32,000 nucleotides of DNA from Zygophlyctis sp. KS116 (taxonomy: Eukaryota; Fungi; Chytridiomycota), in the NCBI GenBank assembly GCA_054661495.1, contig BAAFSQ010000052.1, forward strand, positions 1 through 32,000, given 5' to 3'. Shown here in pieces: positions 24,356-32,000 of this stretch. The position numbers and the translations under genes were made by a program. The notes beneath the pieces are model-generated. The model saw only the letters and a program-made list of their open reading frames with translations, ran no database searches and was not told the origin of the DNA. How positions within the stretch are numbered: the first letter of the stretch is position 1; every line of letters begins with the position of its first letter.

Positions 24356-24880
24356 CTAAATACTAGCACTTTCTTGTTCATAAAGCACAATGTTAAATAT
24401 GCTCAATAATGAGTCAACCATTGCCTTTGAAACCGGGACTGTGACTCCACGGATATTTATGTATGATCCAGAGCTAATCAACCGATCGGTGCTGTGGGCG
24501 CATGCAAGCGGGTCCCTTTCAGCTACTGAAGAAGACTTTCTTTCAGGAACACAACTATCTCCAAACTCCCGCCATGGATTAATTGAAAGGGGAAAATCAA
24601 AATTGCTTGCAATAAGTTCGAATTCGGGAATACCATTCGGCCCAAAACTATCAAAAAACTGATTGATAAAAGAAAGACAGTTTTTGGAGCCATTATTTCC
24701 ATCAGAATAAGCAATTTTGCAAATATCTGTAGCTGACTTAAAGCAATCAGTGTGCGGTTTATCAGTATCAATTGTGCAGCTAAAATCATGGCCATCTGAT
24801 TCTTGGCTAAAAGTCAAGGAAGTAGCAAAATAAGTTGGAAGAAAGCCAACAGAGAGAATTGCAGCGAGAGAGACTTTCAT
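24356..24880 (-). CDS. Small secreted six-cysteine protein, paralog A (174 aa)
   Basis: Signal-peptide-like N-terminus. Six Cys align with paralog B. Intronless. Confidence 0.8.
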   Translation of the reverse strand: MKVSLAAILSVGFLPTYFATSLTFSQESDGHDFSCTIDTDKPHTDCFKSATDICKIAYSDGNNGSKNCLSFINQFFDSFGPNGIPEFELIASNFDFPLSINPWREFGDSCVPERKSSSVAERDPLACAHSTDRLISSGSYINIRGVTVPVSKAMVDSLLSIFNIVLYEQESASI

Positions 24881-25040
24881 TTTTATTTATTTATTGTTTG
24901 CGATCATGATGTCACTAGAAATGCATTTAGATTCAGCGGGACGATCGATATATGCTGTAAATTCAGTTTCTTCTCAGATACCATTGTGTGATTGGATTCT
25001 TCTTTAGATTTGAATATAAGGGAAATGATCAATCTCAAAT
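24808..25040. repeat. 233-bp perfect direct repeat, copy 1 (160 bp upstream + first 73 coding nt)
   Basis: Identical by eye to 25516-25748 (offset 708). Confidence 0.93.
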
Positions 25041-25123
25041 CAAATACATACTTAAATAATTCGTTCAGCGTTACTTTAATCATGAATCGACCTTGCTATG
25101 ATTTACAATCGCTCTTAATGAAA

Positions 25124-25588
25124 TCATTGTTTAACACCAACATAGTGGATAATTGTATTCACTAATTCTCTTGTTACTGGAAGCTTAATGCCTTGTGGAC
25201 TTAAATAGGATTCAGTTTTCAGCAATTTAGTGGTGCTATCACTGCATCCTTGTTCGGTGCCTACTATAGCAACCCCTGATGTAGATTTTCTTCCAGCAAT
25301 ACAATTGTCTCCAAATGCCCGCCATGTGCTGCCAGAACTGAAACTATTGAAAATCTGGTTAATAGAAGAAATGCATTCTTGAGAAGGATTCACTGCTCCA
25401 GAGGATTGTGTCGAGTGAGTGGCTTTACAGGCACCTGCAGCTAAGTTAAAGCAGTTTTGGGCTGGTTTATCACCGATAATCGAACAAGAATATTTGTAAG
25501 ATCCTATAACCTTAATAAAAGTCAAGGAAGTAGCAAAATAAGTTGGAAGAAAGCCAACAGAGAGAATTGCAGCGAGAGAGACTTTCAT
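25124..25588 (-). CDS. Small secreted six-cysteine protein, paralog B (154 aa)
   Basis: Same first 24 aa as paralog A. Shared motifs KP..CF..A...C, C.S.INQ.F.SF, WR.FGD.C...RKS.S. Confidence 0.8.
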   Translation of the reverse strand: MKVSLAAILSVGFLPTYFATSLTFIKVIGSYKYSCSIIGDKPAQNCFNLAAGACKATHSTQSSGAVNPSQECISSINQIFNSFSSGSTWRAFGDNCIAGRKSTSGVAIVGTEQGCSDSTTKLLKTESYLSPQGIKLPVTRELVNTIIHYVGVKQ

Positions 25589-25748
25589 TTTTATTTATTT
25601 ATTGTTTGCGATCATGATGTCACTAGAAATGCATTTAGATTCAGCGGGACGATCGATATATGCTGTAAATTCAGTTTCTTCTCAGATACCATTGTGTGAT
25701 TGGATTCTTCTTTAGATTTGAATATAAGGGAAATGATCAATCTCAAAT
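25516..25748. repeat. 233-bp perfect direct repeat, copy 2
   Basis: Identical by eye to 24808-25040. Confidence 0.93.
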
Positions 25749-25788
25749 ACATACTTTAATCATTAGTGCATCAGAAGCGCGGCCAATA

Positions 25789-26214
25789 TTACAAGTTTAT
25801 AACGACTTTACTCAAGTACAAACCTAGTAAAATTACAATAACTCCTACTCCCCAAACCATCCACTTCTCTTTAATTTTCAATTGACTCTTATACTCTTGT
25901 ACTTGAACTTGTAAATTCCTGAGATTAAATTCCATCATTTCCACTTTAGAATTATAATTTTCCAAAAGACCAACTTGACTTTGCAACTCTTCTTCTTTTT
26001 CTGCATAATTTTTAATTTCCTTTTTCAAGTTTTGTAATTCCTTGAGTGCTTTTGCATAGTCTAGTCCAACATTAACATTCTCACCATGCAACAATGATTC
26101 TCGTGTTTCTTCTTCCGCTATCTGCTCCTTGACCCTGTGAGAGAAATTTGACAGTTCCTTGAGAGCCTTGAATGGAGTAGACACCTTGTTTCTCGACGTT
26201 GAAGGAGTGAGCAT
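25789..26214 (-). CDS. Coiled-coil protein with C-terminal TM helix (tail-anchored); 5' end unresolved
   Basis: Heptad-rich E/K/L/Q stretch followed by WMVWGVGVIVILLGLYL. Upstream exons up to about 26385 are possible but I could not resolve them. Confidence 0.65.
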   Translation of the reverse strand: MLTPSTSRNKVSTPFKALKELSNFSHRVKEQIAEEETRESLLHGENVNVGLDYAKALKELQNLKKEIKNYAEKEEELQSQVGLLENYNSKVEMMEFNLRNLQVQVQEYKSQLKIKEKWMVWGVGVIVILLGLYLSKVVINL

Positions 26215-26430
26215 TGGATTTCTAGTATATTTAACCTAAAGCTTGTAAATTCCCCTAAACTTTGACTGTTCAGACCTAGGAGTCTGCAATGAATGAAATC
26301 TACAAAAGACTCTCTAGACCCCAAAAGCTGGGTGTATCTCTAGGTAATGCAGTATTATTTACTCTAGGTCTTTTTGCATTTGCATTGACTGGAAATTTCT
26401 TGAATTCTTATTTTGAGAAAAAATTAAAAA

Positions 26431-27126
26431 ATGGAAAAGTACAAGAATAGAATTTTAGAGATTTTAAAGTCTCATGATCTGACGATAGTCACTCCTAAAT
26501 ACATTCGTTTAAAATTACAAGAAGAATTTCAAGTGGATTTACTTGAGTTCAAGTCTGAATTAAAATCTTTGATTTCTGAATGTTTGACAATTGTTGACAT
26601 TGATGTAAAGGAAGAACATACTCAAGAGCAGACGCTAGAAGAAGTCATTGGTCCAGACACTGATGTTGTTGATTCTGACGCCAAAAGAACTAAAAGTAGA
26701 AAGAGGGAGACAAGAACCAAGGTAAAAAATACTACTCCAAAAAAGTCTGCAAAGAAAGAGTCTGCAGGAAAACAGTCTTCAGGAAGAAAGGGATTTCAAA
26801 TACCACATTATATTTCAGTAGAATTGGCTGAATTTCTAAATAGGAATACTGCTTCAAGAGCACAAGTTACAAAATTAGTTTGGGATTACATAAAGGAAAA
26901 TAATTTACAAGATCCAAAAGATAAGAGATTTATTGTTCCAGACGAGAAACTTAAAAAGGTACTAAGAAAAGATAGAGTTCAAATGTTTAAAATGACTAAA
27001 ATACTCTCAGATCATATTAAAGAAGCAGCGCAAGAAGAAATTATGGAAACTGTACAAGATTCTTCTCAAGACTCTGAGACTGGTGAACCAAAGCTAAAAA
27101 AAGTTAAAACACTCAAAGAAGAGTAA
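26431..27126 (+). CDS. DEK-C + SWIB domain protein (Uaf30/Tri1/Spp27-like)
   Basis: N-terminal IL...DL..VT.K.IR..L. SWIB motif SRAQVTKLVWDYIKENNLQDPKDKRFIVPDEKL. Confidence 0.88.
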   Translation: MEKYKNRILEILKSHDLTIVTPKYIRLKLQEEFQVDLLEFKSELKSLISECLTIVDIDVKEEHTQEQTLEEVIGPDTDVVDSDAKRTKSRKRETRTKVKNTTPKKSAKKESAGKQSSGRKGFQIPHYISVELAEFLNRNTASRAQVTKLVWDYIKENNLQDPKDKRFIVPDEKLKKVLRKDRVQMFKMTKILSDHIKEAAQEEIMETVQDSSQDSETGEPKLKKVKTLKEE

Positions 27127-27142
27127 GGATCAGGTTTACAAA

Positions 27143-28536
27143 ATGTCTTTGAGACAAGTTCAAGTAAATTTACTACAAGAATAATAAAAAGTGGGATATT
27201 GAGAGTTCATTTGAGTTTCCATCTTCGTCTTCTCTTTTATCTTCGGATCCATTTCTTGAGATTCAAGGTCAAGTCTTAAAACTAGAACAGTATTGTCCGA
27301 AACAAGTGTCAATTTATATCTCAGAATTAACAAGGACTGTAGACTTTAAAAATACTATTCAAGAGTATGAAATAGAATGGAAGTCAAGGTAAAAGTTATA
27401 ACATGGAAATTAGGGAAAATATACTATTGGAAATAGATAAAGTACTAGATCAGATTTCAATTGCATTGGCTAATAGAGAAATTCCGGTTTTGAAAGTCAT
27501 TAATAGAAATGCTGATTCTGGGTTCAAGTTTGAAGATTATGCGATTGTATTGAATATTGGACAATTGAAAATCATGAATATAAGATTTGGAACTCAAAGA
27601 TTTGAAATTTATGTAAATATCTTGAAAGATATACAACAAGGACTAGAGTGTAATGTAACTTCAAAGAAACGGTAAATTTGTCTTCTCAAACTAGAGATTT
27701 ATATTACAAAAATCCAGAATTATATACAAATCAGACAAAAGTAGATGATGCAGTTGAAAATATTGCTTGTTCGTTTGGAGTTCCAAGACGATGCTTAAAT
27801 GTTATTGCAGGTTCAAAAGGTTTGGTTTTTGGTAAACTTTTACTCTGTCTACGATCAGGATCAACATTGGATTGTAGTTTGGCAAATGATCAAGTAAGGT
27901 TTCTTTGTTATGAATTCATAGGGAACTTTGATTCCTGAAGGTTATGAAATTGAATCATTTCGGACATCAGCAAAAGCTGTACTTGTAATCGAAAAAGAAG
28001 CTACATTTTCAAAATTACTAAGCCATAAATCGTGTAATTCTTCTTTTGCTTTTTTAGATTCTTGTATTTTGGTAACTGGGAAAGGGTAAATTGTACTATA
28101 GTTTTAATATGATAGATATCCGGATGTTTCAACACGAATGCTGGTAAAATTGCTCTGTCAATATTTACCAATATATTGTATGATTGATGGTGATCCTCAT
28201 GGATTTCAAATTTATCTAACATACAAATATGGATCAAAATCAATGGCCTTTTCCTCTTCTAGTTTAGCGATCCCTTCGATCATTCTCCTAGGAATATATC
28301 CTTCATCATGGTTTTCTCAATTACAGATTGCATTCAAGGATTTAATCCTATTATCAAGGCATGATGTAAAAAAATGCCATTGCTTGCTACGTAATCCCCA
28401 CGTTTGCCGTGATCAATTGCTCAAGAGAGAAGTAAGCCTATTGATCTTTTACAATTATAAAATCGAAATTCAGGCGATCTCTACGGAGAATCTTGCCGCC
28501 TTTCTCGAAAACCACCTCTCGCCACCAAAGAGATGA
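27143..28536 (+). CDS. SPO11: Spo11 meiotic transesterase (Topo VIA family)
   Basis: KR|DLYY catalytic Tyr, SKGLV.G, VIEKEATF, TGKG|YPD..TR, DGDPHG..I, KIEIQA. Introns 27389-27413, 27672-27694, 27894-27921, 28086-28115. First exon and intron (27164-27191) are tentative. Confidence 0.9.
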
Positions 28537-28587
28537 TCTTCACGCCACGCTCATTGTTCCCTTAAATCTTGATAATATAATCAATAA

Positions 28588-29877
28588 ATGAATCCTGAGA
28601 TTGATCCACTTATCGCCCGAATAGAACTTATTACATATTTGTTGAAGCAATATAACCTCTTAAGAGATACTTCCGCAGTGATACAGAATGATCTTCAAGT
28701 TTTGAATACTTTTGCATTGGCTAAAGATTGGGATAAAGTCAAGTTGGCTCTTGATAAATGGACAGAGAAGCTTAAGGATCCTAACCAAGTTGCAGTTATA
28801 ATCTGCAAATGGAACATTTCGATTGAGGTTGCAGTGGACGGTTCGGACATTGAATTTTTAAAACTATTGCTTCCATTCGTTGGTAAGCATAAGAAATTAA
28901 GAATCAAACTCTCATATATGGCAATCGCTTTAGAAAAGCAAGATCAAACAGTTGTGGAAATGATGTTACGCCATTTACATCATGATAAAGACGATAGCTC
29001 AATTCTAGCTCGTCTTCCAAAAGAAGATCAAAGAGCATATCAAGCATTATTCAATAGATATTGCTGTGTATCAGACAATGATATCATTAAGGAAATCCTA
29101 GAAGATTATAAAAAAACTGACGTTTCAAAAGAAGAAGCATCAATTATTGCTCAAGAGCACAGGCTGGCCATGATCACATATCTATGTCATCATTCAAACA
29201 TTACGATTGCAGAAGATACTGTTTGGAATTGTATTAATAGTGGAAATATTCATATTTCAAAATTATTAGAAAAGTTGAAGGAAATATCTGTTATTGGCTG
29301 GATGGAAACATTTGATTCAGGTGAAAATTCGAGTGCTAGAATGGAATCTGGAGCAAGACCCAATACTCCATTGTACCATATATCAAACAATAAAACTCCC
29401 AAAACCCAGGCTGAAGACGAACAGTTTAATTCTCTTTTAGCATTATATTCTGCATATGGTGGAAATATATCAGGCATTGATCTGGAAACAAAAGAAAAAA
29501 TATCAGTGATGAATCCTCCAGGATCTCCCAGATCACTTTCTGGGTTCCTAAACAGAAAGGGAGCGCCTAAACGGTTTAGAGGTGCATCAGAGATTCCGTC
29601 CGAGGCAGCAGTTAAAATCGTTCAATCAAAACAAGATGATTATTGGACAAAATACTTGTGTGGAGAAATTCAAGATATATCATCTTTACCTTGGATGGAG
29701 CCTTCAAACGATTTCAACGTGAAATTCGATTATAGCGCCAGTGAAGCCAGTCTTCCTCAAGATCCAGAAAATGCAATATTCGAAGGTCTAGCAGGGTTAG
29801 CATCTAGAACAAATTCAGTTCGTCGTATAAGTCGGGACGATTCATCCTTAACAAATCCGCAGATTATAACTCATTAA
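28588..29877 (+). CDS. Hypothetical 429-aa protein, possible degenerate ankyrin-like helical repeats
   Basis: Uninterrupted ORF. AVDGSDIEFLKLLL and IALEKQDQTVVEMML loosely resemble ankyrin repeats. Confidence 0.7.
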   Translation: MNPEIDPLIARIELITYLLKQYNLLRDTSAVIQNDLQVLNTFALAKDWDKVKLALDKWTEKLKDPNQVAVIICKWNISIEVAVDGSDIEFLKLLLPFVGKHKKLRIKLSYMAIALEKQDQTVVEMMLRHLHHDKDDSSILARLPKEDQRAYQALFNRYCCVSDNDIIKEILEDYKKTDVSKEEASIIAQEHRLAMITYLCHHSNITIAEDTVWNCINSGNIHISKLLEKLKEISVIGWMETFDSGENSSARMESGARPNTPLYHISNNKTPKTQAEDEQFNSLLALYSAYGGNISGIDLETKEKISVMNPPGSPRSLSGFLNRKGAPKRFRGASEIPSEAAVKIVQSKQDDYWTKYLCGEIQDISSLPWMEPSNDFNVKFDYSASEASLPQDPENAIFEGLAGLASRTNSVRRISRDDSSLTNPQIITH

Positions 29878-29892
29878 ATTTTTTAGATTGAA

Positions 29893-31507
29893 ATGAAAGC
29901 CAATTATTTGCTAAACTTTAGTTTTCCAAAGAATCCGATTGAGAGCCCAAAAAAGAAGAAGCAATTCACTGCTCAGTTTGATAAGAATGTCTTTATGAAT
30001 GCAAAGTATTTATTTAATGCTCACCTTTTAGTTTTCAGTGGGTGATGCAAGATGCAAAGACTGCTAGTGGATTATTATCTAATCCTGATGCCATTGTGGA
30101 ATGGGGACAAGTTGCTTTTATAATAACTTCAATTACCAATTGCCCAATATGCTTAACTGAACCCACAATACCAAAATGCACCAAATGCGGGCATATTTAT
30201 TGCTGGACATGCATTCTTCAGTATCTAGAAACAAACTATAAGTGTCCGATTTGTTATGAATATGTTTCATCTGAAGATTTAAGAAGCGTCATAGGAAAGC
30301 CAGATGTAAATTATGAGCAAAAACAACTCACAATGAAGCTTTTAAAGAGGAATTCTGTAAGTATATTGTATTTATAATACTTTCAAGACTTCCAATAGGC
30401 TTGCTCTAAAAAATGGTCAATTGTATAGTGAGGAGCTGCCATACTTTGAAGATGAAGAAATTTCACCATTTTCGAGACATTTAATAATTAGAAAGCAAAC
30501 GTTACTGATGCTTATCAATAAAGATAAAGATACTCTCTCAAGTTTCTCAGAGTTATTGAAAATGGAACAAGAGAGCTGGTTGGAAATTCAAGGGTATCTA
30601 CCGGCTGGATTATCAAATGATTTGCCCTTTATAGAAATTGCAATCAAAAAATTAGATGAAAAAATAGAATCTATAAAGAATGAAAAATCGACAGAAAATA
30701 ATCATCGGATGATTTTAGTTCCAGACTATTATTTTTTCATGGATTCTAGGGGTGAACATACGTATTTATCACATTTGGATATCAAAATATTGAAACAAGA
30801 ATTCTGCAATTATTGTGATTTTCCAGAAGACATTCAGGTCCAGATTCTGGCTTTGTCTGATTTGCAACTGGATGAGGTAAGTGGATTCCTTTTTAATGAT
30901 TAAAGGGTTTCCGGAAGCGAATGAAGTATTTAAGTCATCTTCCGTTGAATTGCAGCATTGTAAGGAATAATCTTCTAAAATATAAAGAAGTTGCTTGATA
31001 TTGACTGGGATAGGACAAATTTGGTTACAAAGGAAACCTTGGATATTTTTTCTAGTATTTTTGTTAATTTAATTGAAAGAAGAATTATCAGACAGGAAGC
31101 GTCGCATCTTGAAAATTCAAAAGAAGGAATTTAGAGAATCAAACAGTCTAAACGTTAAAATGAATCTCTCAGAGCAGGCTATCTCAGATCCTCCTCTTCC
31201 AACTCCTGATGACTTTCCTCAAGGCCTAATCAAGCCTTCATCACTTGAAAAGGAATATAATGGACCTTCTTTTGCAAGCATGACCAAAAAGGCTCCCGGC
31301 ACTTTGCCCTTCTCCCCAACAAGGAATTCTAAAGCTCGTTTGATTGTTGATGAGAATGAAAATGAACTTTCAGACTCTTTAGGATGGACTTTGGATCTTG
31401 AAGACATGCTTCTTGAGGGAGAAAATTCTAAAATATCTATTAACGGGAAGAAAAAAACCAAGAAAAAATCTGTTCTTAATAATGGAAGTAGTAGGAGACG
31501 CACTTGA
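29893..31507 (+). CDS. MAG2: RNF10/Mag2-like C3HC4 RING E3 ligase
   Basis: NYLLNF, F.NAN, CPICL..CGHIYCWTCIL.Y..CPIC, YYF, YLSHLPL. Introns 30006-30031, 30357-30387, 30877-30905, 30960-30987, 31055-31079. Confidence 0.88.
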
Positions 31508-31965
31508 AATGGAAAGCGTATGCATTTCAACAGCAGGATCATGGTAATGATTCAGCTTATCATTTCAACACATTTTGCTTGTTTCGGCACAAGCCATCAG
31601 AATCTGATTGATGATTGCTTCGCCAATATGCAAGCCTTGGCTACCAAGTGTTAAATTATTTGGCTAATGTATTTCACACAGGATGAAGACCAAACTATTT
31701 TTGACGAATAACTCAAAGATGATACTATCTTTTTGTTGTGATCTGACTGCTTCAAAAGAAGCTAGAATATATTTTGAATGCTCATAATTAAACGATGATT
31801 TTCAGTTATTGAATATGATTTTGATGTTATTCTATGAAATAAGGCATTACTGATCTCGCTCTCGACGCCGATCATGTTCGGACAACCCATTATAATTAAA
31901 GCCAGCGTATAGTTTCATGGCACTCCAAATAAAATCATCATAAAAAGAAATATCTATTCAAAGCT

Positions 31966-32000
31966 ATGAAAGTGATTGCTCTTCTATATCTATTGACAAG
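31966..32000 (+). CDS. Possible start of a secreted protein cut by the window edge (MKVIALLYLLT..)
   Basis: Signal-peptide-like start, but only 11 codons are visible. Confidence 0.3.
   Translation, partial: MKVIALLYLLT

Noticed and set aside
24803-25699. Plus-strand ORFs 24803..24991 and 25457..25699 with identical C-termini
   Set aside because: They are antisense shadows of the 233-bp duplication.
24808-25748. 233-bp direct repeats as LTRs or a CRISPR-like array
   Set aside because: No TG..CA ends, target-site duplication or RT/integrase. There are only two copies and each includes the start of a gene.
29845-29852. TCCTTAAC, a U12-type branch-point match
   Set aside because: It lies inside an open frame with no RTATCCTT donor nearby.
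275-31542. Short antisense or alternate-frame ORFs in the track (e.g. 275..610, 12559..12777 with a His run, 20645..20962, 31219..31542)
   Set aside because: They overlap well-supported genes and have no recognisable motifs.

Overview
AT-rich, extremely gene-dense eukaryotic DNA, not a prokaryotic window. I rebuilt about 26 protein-coding genes by hand. The ORF track is fragmented because the genes are split by about 46 tiny GT-AG spliceosomal introns (23-34 nt, mostly 25-27 nt, one 58-nt outlier). Fungal-type genes (HIS3, arginase, VNX1, Siz1, AreA-like GATA factor, NoxR-like TPR protein) sit beside genes typical of flagellated or early-diverging lineages (TTLL9, PEN-2, AASDH, CISD3-like). 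This points, by inference, to a zoosporic (chytrid-like) fungus. Most interesting: (1) two tandem six-cysteine secreted paralogs share a 233-bp identical upstream+signal-peptide block but have highly divergent mature regions; (2) miniature introns with frequent AAG acceptors and often no recognisable branch point or pyrimidine tract; (3) operon-like spacing (5-16 bp between same-strand genes, 20 bp between divergent ATGs); (4) three short uORFs chained by ATGA overlaps ahead of an amino-acid permease; (5) a GC-rich repeat island upstream of VNX1. All exon structures and family calls come from manual reading and motif recall, not from searches or RNA data.
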